A DNA stretch of 51,095 nucleotides from Candidatus Ventrenecus stercoripullorum. Its GTDB lineage: Bacteria > Bacillota_I > Bacilli_A > RF39 > UBA660. Below the pieces are notes generated by a model, which had not been told where the DNA came from, searched no databases, and saw only the letters and a program-made list of their open reading frames with translations. Numbering within the stretch: the first letter of the stretch is position 1; each line of letters starts with the position of its first letter. The stretch lies in contig DVGF01000025.1 in NCBI GenBank assembly GCA_018712835.1, forward strand, positions 1-51,095. The letters are read 5' to 3'. A program made the position numbers and the translations under genes. This document shows, piece by piece, positions 28,789-38,648 of this stretch.

Positions 28789-29538
28789 ATGTTTGAAAGT
28801 GCCAAATCTTTTTTTGAAACTTTTTCCCATGATTATTTGGCTAAAGAAAAAGATAAATATTTATTTCAAGTTAAGTATAATCATACTTATCAGGTTGTAG
28901 AATATACGAAAGAGCTTGTTGAAAGTTTAGGCTGGGACTCAAAAAAACAAGAGCTTGCATTTACGATTGCTATTTTTCATGATTTAGGAAGATTTGTCCA
29001 AGCAAAACAATTTAAAAGATTTCACGATGCTCAAGACTCGTTTGACCATGCAAAGGAAAGTGTGCAAATATTAAAGCGTCAGGATTGGTTTTTTCAAAAT
29101 GATATTTCGAAAGAGGATGAAGATATTATTTGTTTTGCAATTTATCACCATAATAAACTTTCTTTGCCAGAGGAGGAAACACTCAGAATGGAGGCAGCTA
29201 AGCTTATTCGGGATACAGATAAGCTTGCTAATTTAAGGAGTGTTTCTTGTACTCATGATGTAGAGACAAATCCTGCAGAAAAGAAAATTCTTCCAGAAAA
29301 CTTGGAACTCTATTTTCATAATCAGTGTATTCCTAAGAAAAACCAAGTAAGTGCGTTAGACCATGTATTATTGCAAATTTGTTTTCTTTATGATTTTAAT
29401 TATAAGGAAAGTGTTCGTTTATGTATGGAAGAACATCTATTTGAACCATATTTTGCATTTTTAGAAAAGTATCTTGAGGAAAGTTTATATCTGAAAATAA
29501 AAAAACATTTTGAGGAATATGTGGCTACAAATTCTTAG
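28789..29538 (+). CDS. HD domain protein
   Basis: KYNHT, FHDLGRF, DHA, HHN, IRDTDK. Confidence 0.88.
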   Translation: MFESAKSFFETFSHDYLAKEKDKYLFQVKYNHTYQVVEYTKELVESLGWDSKKQELAFTIAIFHDLGRFVQAKQFKRFHDAQDSFDHAKESVQILKRQDWFFQNDISKEDEDIICFAIYHHNKLSLPEEETLRMEAAKLIRDTDKLANLRSVSCTHDVETNPAEKKILPENLELYFHNQCIPKKNQVSALDHVLLQICFLYDFNYKESVRLCMEEHLFEPYFAFLEKYLEESLYLKIKKHFEEYVATNS

Positions 29539-29627
29539 GAAAAGTTTCTTTAAAAAGTGGAAAAGACCGTATAGTGTCTTTTTTTTTGTGGAAAAAAATG
29601 CTATAATCCTTATAAGGATGTGGTAAC

Positions 29628-29972
29628 GTGTTACGTAATAATAAAGGATATAGTATTAAAGAAATGATTATTTTATGTGCTGTCTTAGCAATTGTTTTTG
29701 CTATTGGGATTGTGAAAGTAAGTTATGCGTATCAAGATGCAGACAACACTGCTGAGATGGAAGTGGTATGGAATGATACTTTACTTCAAGCTGCCCGAGT
29801 TTATGTGGAAGCTCATCCAGAAGAATTTACTGATGCGGAAACATATTTTTATGGTAGTGAATTAGTAGAAAATAATTATTTTATTGATGTAGATGATGTA
29901 GATGTAGATAATGTTCGTTTTAAAGTGACTCGGGCTTCGGGTAGTGAAGATTATCAGGTGGAGATTGCATAA
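29628..29972 (+). CDS. Type IV pilin-like protein
   Basis: NNKG|YSIKEMII class III signal with E at +5, followed by a hydrophobic helix. Confidence 0.65.
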   Translation: MLRNNKGYSIKEMIILCAVLAIVFAIGIVKVSYAYQDADNTAEMEVVWNDTLLQAARVYVEAHPEEFTDAETYFYGSELVENNYFIDVDDVDVDNVRFKVTRASGSEDYQVEIA

Positions 29973-29975
29973 TTT

Positions 29976-31844
29976 ATGGCTATTACAAAAACTAAATTTG
30001 TTGAATATACGCGTTGTGATAGGTATGTTTTTTTAGAAGATATTCGGCGTGAATTTTTGCAAAATCCTATTAGTTATCAGGAATATAAGGAACAAGAAGA
30101 AGCGATGCAGTTGCAAGAAATTCGAGATGCGATGTTTGAAGGGAGCACGGGAGATTATCAGGATAAAACTGTTCAGGAAAATGCTCAGTTAAAAGCAATG
30201 AACCCTTATTATAAAAGAGTAGAAATTGAAGCTGGAAGACTTGCTAGTAAGATATTTCCAGGAGATATTATTTATGCCGAAAAAACAAATGATCAAAAGT
30301 GTTTTTCTTTTTGTTATAAGGAAATTCCTTTTCTTTGTTATGTTGATATTTATAATGAAAAGGGAGAAAACGTTAATATTATTGAAGTGAAGGCAACCAC
30401 TTCGAAAAAATATACAGAACTTACTGGGGGATATTATAAAAGTCAAAAGTATTCTATTTTTTCTTGTGAAAACAATATTCATCGATTAAAAGGGGAAATT
30501 GCAGGATATCCTCTTACGGAAGAAATGGATTTAAAAACTTATGAAACATTAAAAAAGAAATTGTTAGACCGTTATGGAATAGGGTCTTATATTTATGATT
30601 TGGCTGTACAAAGATTTATTTTGGAAGGACAATATAAAGAACAAAAGAAAGAAGAAGAGCTACAACATATTCATTATTATTTAGGTGTTTTAAATGCAGA
30701 CTATGTGTATGATGGCTTGATGGAAAATGGACGTGAAGTTTATCAGACGGATGCTAGAGGTAATGAATTAATTACGTTTTTTGATATGACTGAAATTACG
30801 AGGAAGTATCAATTTCAAGTGAAGCTTGATGCAGAACGTCTTATCAAAAATATTGAAGAGCCTAATATCCGAGAAGTTCCGTTAGGTGTTTCTTGCGGTT
30901 TTAAAAAACAAACTCAATGTAAATATTTTACGCCTGTATGTGGTCATAAAATTCCAGAAAAAAATAGTTCGCTAAGTTACGTGAATAATCCTTCTGGTTT
31001 TTGTATGGAAAATGGAAAGCGTATAAAGGGATTAGAACTTATTAATGCAGGGTATCTTCATATGCTAGATGTTCCAGAAGCGTGGATTACGAAGGACAAT
31101 CATTTTATTCAAAGGGAATGTGTTAAAACTCACACCCTATTTATGCAAAAAGAAAAGATTCGAAAGGCTATCGAAACTTTAGAATATCCAATTTATCATT
31201 TAGATTTTGAAACGTTTCCTTCTCCTGTTCCGCGGTTTCGTGGAGAAAGACCTTATACCCAAAGTCCTTTTGAGTTTAGTTTACATATTGAACGTGCTCC
31301 GGGCGTTTGTGATAAAGAGAAAGATAATATTATTTTTCTTGCGAAAACAACAAATGATGAACGAAAGGAACTTGTAGAGTGTTTACTAGAGCATGTCGAT
31401 GTGAACAAAGGAACTCTTCTTGCTCAGAATGTTTCGTTTGAAAAGGGAAGAATAAAAGAGTTAGCTTCTATTTATCCAGAATATCATGATGATTTAATGA
31501 AATTATATCATAGAGGATTTGATTTACTATGGATTGTCAATAATCATAAAGAGTTGTATGAGAAACTAGGTTTTTCTAAGAAGGAAATTGATACGTTTAA
31601 TTTTTATGATGAAAGACTATCGGGTTCGTTTTCTATTAAGAAAACTTTACCGATTTTTAGTGAGCTAACTTATGCTAATTTAGATGTAAAAAATGGTACG
31701 GAAGCGATTATAGAATATGCTAATTATAATTCTATGACAAAGGAAGAGCTTTTGAAAACACAAGAGGCACTTCGTATTTATTGTCAGCAAGATACGTGGG
31801 CGATGGTAGAAATTTTAAATGCTTTACGAAAACTTGTTTCTTAA
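29976..31844 (+). CDS. DUF2779-like nuclease (PD-(D/E)XK domain plus RNase H-like exonuclease)
   Basis: VDI...IIEVK; YHLDFET, PFEFSLH, SFEK, SIKK, YCQQDT. Confidence 0.8.
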   Translation: MAITKTKFVEYTRCDRYVFLEDIRREFLQNPISYQEYKEQEEAMQLQEIRDAMFEGSTGDYQDKTVQENAQLKAMNPYYKRVEIEAGRLASKIFPGDIIYAEKTNDQKCFSFCYKEIPFLCYVDIYNEKGENVNIIEVKATTSKKYTELTGGYYKSQKYSIFSCENNIHRLKGEIAGYPLTEEMDLKTYETLKKKLLDRYGIGSYIYDLAVQRFILEGQYKEQKKEEELQHIHYYLGVLNADYVYDGLMENGREVYQTDARGNELITFFDMTEITRKYQFQVKLDAERLIKNIEEPNIREVPLGVSCGFKKQTQCKYFTPVCGHKIPEKNSSLSYVNNPSGFCMENGKRIKGLELINAGYLHMLDVPEAWITKDNHFIQRECVKTHTLFMQKEKIRKAIETLEYPIYHLDFETFPSPVPRFRGERPYTQSPFEFSLHIERAPGVCDKEKDNIIFLAKTTNDERKELVECLLEHVDVNKGTLLAQNVSFEKGRIKELASIYPEYHDDLMKLYHRGFDLLWIVNNHKELYEKLGFSKKEIDTFNFYDERLSGSFSIKKTLPIFSELTYANLDVKNGTEAIIEYANYNSMTKEELLKTQEALRIYCQQDTWAMVEILNALRKLVS

Positions 31845-31926
31845 AAAAATCGTCAATCTTTTGTCAATAAATGGTGTAATTCTTGTATGAGTCGTTAAAA
31901 TTTTAGTATTATAGTACTGTAAGGAC

Positions 31927-32145
31927 GTGATAAATATGTTATATCCATCTATTGATAAATTACTTACTATTGTTGATTCTAAGTATAAACTTGTTCATGT
32001 TGCATCGATTCGTAGTAAACAGATGTTAGAAAATCATCATTATCAAATGGCTGAGAATGAATATCATAATAAGAGAACAATTGGACGAGCTTTAGAAGAA
32101 TTGGATAAAGGACTTATTACTGTGATTACACACGGAGAAAAATAA
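31927..32145 (+). CDS. rpoZ: RNA polymerase omega subunit
   Basis: MLYPSIDKLL..VDSKYKLV...ALEE. Confidence 0.93.
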   Translation: MINMLYPSIDKLLTIVDSKYKLVHVASIRSKQMLENHHYQMAENEYHNKRTIGRALEELDKGLITVITHGEK

Positions 32146-32335
32146 GTCTTTTTTTCTTGGCTTTCGTTTCTGATAATTTGGTGAGTGCTTTATGAGATTA
32201 TTCAAAAATATAAAAAATAGTTCTCGTTTTTTATTGTGTGTCAATCATATGTTTGCTATAATAATATTTGGATATATCTGAAATTCAGGTGCTTTCCCTT
32301 TCTTTCTAAATAAAAAACAAGAAAGGGTGATATTT

Positions 32336-32425
32336 ATGCGTAAAATAGAAAAAAATTTCTTTTGCATAATTTATCTATTATTCATGGTAATATTTTTATT
32401 ACTTTTTATTATTATTTTCAAATAA
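32336..32425 (+). CDS. Putative type I toxin peptide MRKIEKNFFCIIYLLFMVIFLLLFIIIFK (29 aa)
   Basis: Hand-translated; SD GAAAGGGTGA; promoter TTGTGT-17-TGcTATAAT (32234-32262); complementary transcript ends. Confidence 0.65.
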   Translation: MRKIEKNFFCIIYLLFMVIFLLLFIIIFK

Positions 32426-32646
32426 TAATATAAATAATAAAGGCACCTTCATCAGCATTTGCTGAATCGGGTGCCAACCACAAAAAAATGGGATTGCATC
32501 TGATCTCTACTTCAGATATATCCTTTTTTATTTTATGAAATTTCTTTCATCTATATACATGATAGCATAAATTTTTATTTTTTTCAATTTTTCTTGACGG
32601 GGGAGGGGTTTTGTAGCTTACAATATATTTAAGGTAGGCGAGTGTC

Positions 32647-33942
32647 ATGAAACTAGAGAAATTTAAAGAAAAAAATAAAAAGAAAACGTTTATTATAGTA
32701 TTTACAGTATGCTCTGTATTCTTACTAGCAGGAGTATTTTTGTATACAAGTTTTGCGAGTTTTACTGAAGATAAAAAGTTTAATGTGATTAATGGAACAT
32801 ATCAAGACCCAGGAGACTTGTATTTCGCAGTATATGTTGATGGAGAAATAACAAATACTTTTCCTTCTAAAGATAGTGGATATACGTTAGATATTACTCA
32901 AAGTAGTTGTACGAATGGTGCAACAATATCTTGGGATAATGAGACATGGAGTGCTTTAGTTAATTTTTCCAATTATTCTACAGGAAATACGAGCCGAACA
33001 AAGAGTACGATGTATTTTAAGGAAATGTCATTTACTGATTCAATCTTAGCATGTAATGATACAGCAGCAAATTACATAAAAGATAATGCTAGTTTATCAA
33101 AAGAAATCGCAACAGATGATCCAGATAATAACGCAAGGTACATAGGCGCTAATCCAAATAACTATGTATCATTTAATAATGAATTATGGAGAATCATAGG
33201 TGCATTTAATAACATCGATAATGGAACAGGAACAAAAGAAACAAGATTAAAAATAATTAGAGATGAACCATTAGGAATCTATAGTTGGGATAGTAAGGGA
33301 AGTTATGCAGAAAATGATTGGAGTAAAAGCGTTCTGCAACAAGTACTAAATTCGGGAGCATATTACAATCGAACAACTGGAATGTGTTCGATGAATATCA
33401 GTGGGACAATGGAAGCATGTGATTTTAGTTCTAATGGTTTAACAAGTGAAGCTAAAACTATGATTGATAATGCTGTGTGGAATTTAGGCGGAACAGCAAG
33501 TTATACTGCTAATAGCAATGGTTTAGCTGTTCATTTTTATGGATACGAAAGAGGAACTAATGTTTATAGTGGAAGATCAACGACATGGATAGGGCAGATA
33601 GGACTTATGTATGCAAGCGACTATGGATATGCGACAAGTGGTGAAGGGACAACGGATAGAGCTTCGTGTTTAGAAATAGCATTGAATAGTTGGGGAACTC
33701 TCGGTTATAGTGAATGCTATAATAATGATTGGTTATATGATAGTACTAGTGATCAATGGACTTTAACTTTGTATTCTGGCGGTTCAGATCATGGCTTTGC
33801 TGTAAGTTGCGGTGGTGACGTGTATTATATTTATGGAACTCGCGCTGGAAAAGCAGTATCTCCCGTCTTATATCTTTCTTCTAATGTAAAAATTACTGGT
33901 GGAACAGGAAAGGAAAGTGATCCGTTTATTTTGAGTTTGTGA
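32647..33942 (+). CDS. Surface protein, paralog of 1..1503 in its C-terminal domain
   Basis: N-terminal TM ending YTSFA; near-identical blocks NPNNYVSFN.ELWRIIG, DFSSNGLTSEAK, HFYGYERGT, YLSSNVKITGG. Confidence 0.75.
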   Translation: MKLEKFKEKNKKKTFIIVFTVCSVFLLAGVFLYTSFASFTEDKKFNVINGTYQDPGDLYFAVYVDGEITNTFPSKDSGYTLDITQSSCTNGATISWDNETWSALVNFSNYSTGNTSRTKSTMYFKEMSFTDSILACNDTAANYIKDNASLSKEIATDDPDNNARYIGANPNNYVSFNNELWRIIGAFNNIDNGTGTKETRLKIIRDEPLGIYSWDSKGSYAENDWSKSVLQQVLNSGAYYNRTTGMCSMNISGTMEACDFSSNGLTSEAKTMIDNAVWNLGGTASYTANSNGLAVHFYGYERGTNVYSGRSTTWIGQIGLMYASDYGYATSGEGTTDRASCLEIALNSWGTLGYSECYNNDWLYDSTSDQWTLTLYSGGSDHGFAVSCGGDVYYIYGTRAGKAVSPVLYLSSNVKITGGTGKESDPFILSL

Positions 33943-34040
33943 TTTTAAAGTTTTTCTTATGCGAAATTTTTAAAAATGTGACAAAGAAACAGACAAAATT
34001 TAAAAAAACTCATAAATTATCATTGAAAGGAGAATAATTT

Positions 34041-34814
34041 ATGAGTCGAATTTTGTTAGATGGAGAAAATCAAATCACCAATCCGTATACGAATAGTCAT
34101 CCAGCTGTAGATGTTGTTAAAAAGTGGTATCAGCAGGATACAGTAATTGCTCATAGTGCGGGCGAAGTTGTTATGGTGCAAACAGGGCAGAGACATAATC
34201 CTGGATCTACTGGTAATGCAAGTTATGGAAATTTTGTGAAAATTCGTCATGATGATGGTTATTATACATTATATGCGCATTTAAAAGAAGTGTACGTAAA
34301 AAAAGGAGACCGTGTGAATAAGGCAGCTCGTCTTGGTTATATGGGAGATACTGGCAATGCTTATGGGGTACATTTACATTTTGAAATTCGAAATCAAAGT
34401 GATGTACGGATTGACCCAGAACCTTATTTAGACCGTGATTTGCCAAGTAATGTTAGTGAGAAGAGATATCAGGTTTATGATAATGTTAAAAAGTATTGGC
34501 TTCCTAACGTACTTGTTGGTTCTAGTGACTATGCTGGTAATTTTGGAAATGCTATTGGTGGAGTGTATGCGGATACTTATCGGATGCGGGTTCACGATAT
34601 GAACAAAGGATACTGGCTTCCGTGGGTAGAAAATAGACGGGATTATGCTGGAAATCTTGGTAATAGTATTGATGGAGTACAAATTGAAGGCGCTACTTAC
34701 CGAGTTCATTTGAGAGGTGGTTCGTGGCTTTCTTGGGTTAATAAGGTAGATAATACAAATAATGGGTATGCAGGCATTTATGGGAAAGCAATTGACGCAA
34801 TACAAATAAAATAG
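34041..34814 (+). CDS. M23 metallopeptidase with C-terminal cell-wall-binding-type repeats
   Basis: HPAVD, YAHL, HLHFE; three repeats of R/QV(H/Y)....WL..V...YAG..G..I. Confidence 0.88.
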   Translation: MSRILLDGENQITNPYTNSHPAVDVVKKWYQQDTVIAHSAGEVVMVQTGQRHNPGSTGNASYGNFVKIRHDDGYYTLYAHLKEVYVKKGDRVNKAARLGYMGDTGNAYGVHLHFEIRNQSDVRIDPEPYLDRDLPSNVSEKRYQVYDNVKKYWLPNVLVGSSDYAGNFGNAIGGVYADTYRMRVHDMNKGYWLPWVENRRDYAGNLGNSIDGVQIEGATYRVHLRGGSWLSWVNKVDNTNNGYAGIYGKAIDAIQIK

Positions 34815-34826
34815 ACAAATAGGGTT

Positions 34827-35222
34827 CTACTTGTCTTTTTTCATGTTTTTTGTTAATTTTCTTATATAACCTTTTTTCTTTTGGTTAGGTGTTGGAATAT
34901 ATGGTATCAAAGACTCTTTATCTACAAATAAGTCATAATCTTTTTCTGGAGTTGTAGTAATATGTTTTTGTAATACATCAAGTCTTTGTGATAATGGATT
35001 CTTTTGTTCATCTGGAGCATTTAGCCAGATATAGTTTTCTTCATCTATTTTTAGTAGTATTGCTCCTTCATATGCTGTTTGAGTATAGCGATGAAGGGTG
35101 CTACATGTTATGTGCCCTAATTCAAAATCTGGGATTACATGTTCTTTTCCGTATATAGTATAGTGATAGATATCTAAACACCTTTCAATTCTTCCAGTCA
35201 ATATTTCCTTTGTTTCTTTCAT
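34827..35222 (-). CDS. Hypothetical protein
   Basis: 131 aa with SD gaaagga; downstream of the tRNA on the same strand. Confidence 0.6.
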   Translation of the reverse strand: MKETKEILTGRIERCLDIYHYTIYGKEHVIPDFELGHITCSTLHRYTQTAYEGAILLKIDEENYIWLNAPDEQKNPLSQRLDVLQKHITTTPEKDYDLFVDKESLIPYIPTPNQKKKGYIRKLTKNMKKDK

Positions 35223-35279
35223 AAATTCATTCCTTTCATATAAATAAAAAAACCTTTATACAAAGGGATATATTCTTAA

Positions 35280-35356
35280 TGGTGGAGGACGTGGGACTCG
35301 AACCCGCGACCCTCTGCGTGCAGGGCAGATGCTCTAGCCAACTGAGCTAGTCCCCC
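35280..35356 (-). tRNA. tRNA-Ala(TGC), 77 nt, CCA encoded
   Basis: Cloverleaf GGGGGAC.../GTCCTCC-ACCA with G3:U70, TTCGAGT T-loop, anticodon stem TCTGC/GCAGA. Confidence 0.93.
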
Positions 35357-35510
35357 AAAGAACAAATTAATCTTACCATAGAAATATGACAACTGCAAGC
35401 TTTTTTTTATATTTTCATCATATTTTTTGCTTTTTTTCTAAAAAAGAAAGATTTTGTAGCAAAATTTGTATTCTTATTATATAATGATTTTAGAAAGTGA
35501 GTGGAGATTT

Positions 35511-36506
35511 ATGAATGGTTTTACCAATGAAACGGTTACTAAAGAGTATCGAAGACTAAGAAATATGGTTTTTATCGGTTTGTTTTTAGTTGCGGTTTCT
35601 ATCATGTTTATTGTGTATGGAATTTTTAGGGAAGGAAATGTAGAGTCTATTTCTTTAGCTGATCAAATGGAAAGTGGATTACAAACGGATGAATATGCTT
35701 ATATTGATGTTAGTGCTGAGCCGCTTGGATTTGCTTATTTTGAAGGGGAAGAGGATTATTATTTCTATTATGTGTTTGATGAAGATTATATGTACATTAT
35801 GAGAATGAGAGATAATACCTATGAGTCATTATTAACAGATGATATAGCAGAAAATCCAATTCGTATCAGTGGTATGACTAAGACGATACCAGAAGATATT
35901 AAAGAAATTGCTATTGAAGTTTATAATGAAGATTTGGAAGAAGAATATCAAATTACAGCAAGTGATTTTACAAATTATTTTAATAATGTTTATCTAGATG
36001 CTGAGGCACTTCCTTTAACAGATACGGATGTATTTATTATTCTTGGAGTTGTTGCTATTGTTGTTGGAGCAGTTTTCTTATTATGTGGAGCGATTATGAT
36101 AGTGCGTTATAAGAAAAATATTAAGAAGTTAACTGAGGAAGATATTCATAAAATTGATGAAGAATTAAATGATAAAGATACATTTTTCTATAAAAATGCA
36201 CATGTTTCTTTAACAAAAAATTATATTGTTAATTTTGGAAATACTTTTGATGTTATTAGCTATAAAGATATTGTTTGGATTTATCCTTATGAAATTAGAC
36301 AACGTGGTGTAAAAACTAGTCAAAGTATTCAAATCATGACAAAAGATGGTAAGATGCATGGTGTGGCAAGTTTGAGTACTCATACGAAAAAGGTTCGAGA
36401 AGTATTTGAGGAAATTTATGAGACTATTGTTAAGAAAAGTACAAATGCTTTAGTTGGATATTCTAAAGAGAATAAAAAACTTGCTAAAGAAAAAGTGAAT
36501 AAGTAG
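35511..36506 (+). CDS. Two-TM membrane protein of unknown function
   Basis: Two TM segments, acidic extracellular loop, cytoplasmic domain (YKDIVWIY). Confidence 0.7.
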   Translation: MNGFTNETVTKEYRRLRNMVFIGLFLVAVSIMFIVYGIFREGNVESISLADQMESGLQTDEYAYIDVSAEPLGFAYFEGEEDYYFYYVFDEDYMYIMRMRDNTYESLLTDDIAENPIRISGMTKTIPEDIKEIAIEVYNEDLEEEYQITASDFTNYFNNVYLDAEALPLTDTDVFIILGVVAIVVGAVFLLCGAIMIVRYKKNIKKLTEEDIHKIDEELNDKDTFFYKNAHVSLTKNYIVNFGNTFDVISYKDIVWIYPYEIRQRGVKTSQSIQIMTKDGKMHGVASLSTHTKKVREVFEEIYETIVKKSTNALVGYSKENKKLAKEKVNK

Positions 36507-36628
36507 GAGCTACTGGAAAAACCAGTAGTTTTTTAGTTAAAATCAGCTTTTTTTGAGAATAAATCTCAAAAAAGTTTATTTTTTGCTAAAAATGCGTATA
36601 ATATAGTGTGAAAGGGAAAAAGAAAAAA

Positions 36629-37867
36629 ATGTTGATTAGATTTAGTTTTAAAAACTTTAAATCTTTTAAAGATGAAAATGTGTTAGATATGGAAGCTACT
36701 TCCTTAAAGGAACATGAATATAATGTAGTAAAAACAAAACAGATTCATCTTTTAAAGGTTGCGGCAATTTATGGAGCTAATGCGAGTGGAAAAACGAATG
36801 TATTACAGGCTTTTGATTATATGAAAGAAAGAATATTAGTAAGTGATGATTCTCAAAAAAATTCTTCAATGAATGAAGATAATGTATATAGTTTTATGAT
36901 AAATAATCAGCCAATACATTTGGAGGTTGAGATATTAACTAAAAATAATAAAATTTATAAGTATGGTTTTGATGTATTACAAGATCGCATTGTTTCAGAA
37001 TGGCTTTATAAAAAAAAGGTAAATAAGTTTTATTCAATTTTTGAAAGAAAAAAAAATAATGTTATTATGAAATTTAATAATAAGTTTTCAAAACTAACTA
37101 ATATTGACGAAAGATCTTTGTTTTTAAATATATATAGTAAAATAGATAAAGACAATGAGGACTTTAATAACGTTTATAATTGGTTTATCAATGCCAATTA
37201 TTTAGATTTAGGCAATCCAAAATTTGAAGATTTTATCAATACTAGAATTTCTTTAAAAATATTGAGTGATGAAAAATATAAAAAAGAATTGTTAAGATTT
37301 ATTCATACGTTTGATTCAGGGATAGAAGGAATTAAAACTACCCCTAATTCTTTAGAAGAAGTACAAAATAATAATAAAGTAGTTAAGTTAGAATTGGTTC
37401 ATAAAGGAGAAAATAATGAATTGAAAGCATTACCTTTAGAACTAGAGTCAAATGGTACTAGAAAAATGTTTCATTTATTTGATTTCTTTATGGAAGCATT
37501 AAAAAATGGAATGGTGCTATTTATAGATGAATTAGATGCGAAATTGCATCCATTATTAACAAGATATATTATAAATTTATTTCATAATAGTGAAACTAAT
37601 ATAGGCAATGGACAGCTTATATATTCTACTCATGATACTGTAAACTTAAACAAGGATACATTTAGAAGAGATGAGATCTGGTTTACTGAAAAAAATAGGG
37701 ACGGTGTATCAGAAATGTATGCTTTATCTGATTATATTTTAGATGATGAAAATCATAAAACTGGTAAAAAAGTTAGGAATGATGCAACGTACAACAAAGA
37801 TTATTTAACTGGAAGATATGGTGCAGTTCCGGTTTTAGAAGAGTTTGAGATTCGTCATGAGAAATAA
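36629..37867 (+). CDS. RloA/AbiLi-like ABC-type (AAA_21) ATPase
   Basis: NFKSFKD, IYGANASGKTN, ESNGT, IDELDAKLHP, STHD, RRDEIWF, YLTGRYGAVP. Confidence 0.9.
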   Translation: MLIRFSFKNFKSFKDENVLDMEATSLKEHEYNVVKTKQIHLLKVAAIYGANASGKTNVLQAFDYMKERILVSDDSQKNSSMNEDNVYSFMINNQPIHLEVEILTKNNKIYKYGFDVLQDRIVSEWLYKKKVNKFYSIFERKKNNVIMKFNNKFSKLTNIDERSLFLNIYSKIDKDNEDFNNVYNWFINANYLDLGNPKFEDFINTRISLKILSDEKYKKELLRFIHTFDSGIEGIKTTPNSLEEVQNNNKVVKLELVHKGENNELKALPLELESNGTRKMFHLFDFFMEALKNGMVLFIDELDAKLHPLLTRYIINLFHNSETNIGNGQLIYSTHDTVNLNKDTFRRDEIWFTEKNRDGVSEMYALSDYILDDENHKTGKKVRNDATYNKDYLTGRYGAVPVLEEFEIRHEK

Positions 37868-38499
37868 TTATATTTCAAGGAAAGATAGATTAAGGAGTAA
37901 AAGGCGAGCACCAGCTAATTACTTAATTGTGTGTGAAGGAAAGAAAACGAAAGCCTAATTATTTTAATGAATTAAAGAAAAAAATTAATGAAAAATTTGG
38001 AAACAAAGTGAATGTTTTAATGCCTAATATTGAAGTAAAAGGGACTAGAAGAAATACTGTAGATTTAGTAAAGTATACTCAAAAGTATGTTAATCATTCT
38101 AGTAAAGTATATGGACAAGTTTGGGTGGTGTTTGATAAGGATGATTATAGTGATGAACAATTTAATAAAGCAGTAGAAAATTGTGATTATAATGCTTGTT
38201 GGTCGAATCCAAATTTTGAATTATGGTTGTTATCTCATTTAAAGAAAGTTACTAAATATGTTTCTAAAGATAATATCTTGGATGAACTGAATAAGGAATT
38301 TCAAAGGAACGGGTTAGGCGAATACAATAAAAATGATGCAGACATTTTTAAGAAAATCACAAAGGATGGAAAAATACACTGTGTGATTAAAAATTATGAG
38401 TATATGGAAAATCTTAATGAAGATGGACAATTATCAGAAAGAAATCCAATGACAAAGGTTTATAAAATCGTGAGCGAATTAACAGAATATTTAGATTAG
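37857..38499 (+). pseudogene. RloB/AbiLii-family gene with a +1 frameshift near 37950
   Basis: ATG 37857 gives ...YLIVCEGKKT then stop at 37956-37958; continues in +1 frame PNYF...VWVVFDKD...SNPNFELWLLSH...NPMT. Confidence 0.85.
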
Positions 38500-38648
38500 T
38501 TTTTATATTTTTTTCATTGAGGACTAGTGCTATGTTTTTTTTGAATTCTTTCTCTTATGGAGAAAGAGTATTTTTTTACTTGAAAATTGATGGATATATC
38601 GTGTAAAATAGTATACGTAAAAATAGGGTAGGAAGTAGAGGTTCTATC

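Noticed and set aside
37927-38499. 190-aa ORF as an intact gene
   Set aside because: Its start is spurious; the conserved N-terminus lies in another frame from 37857.
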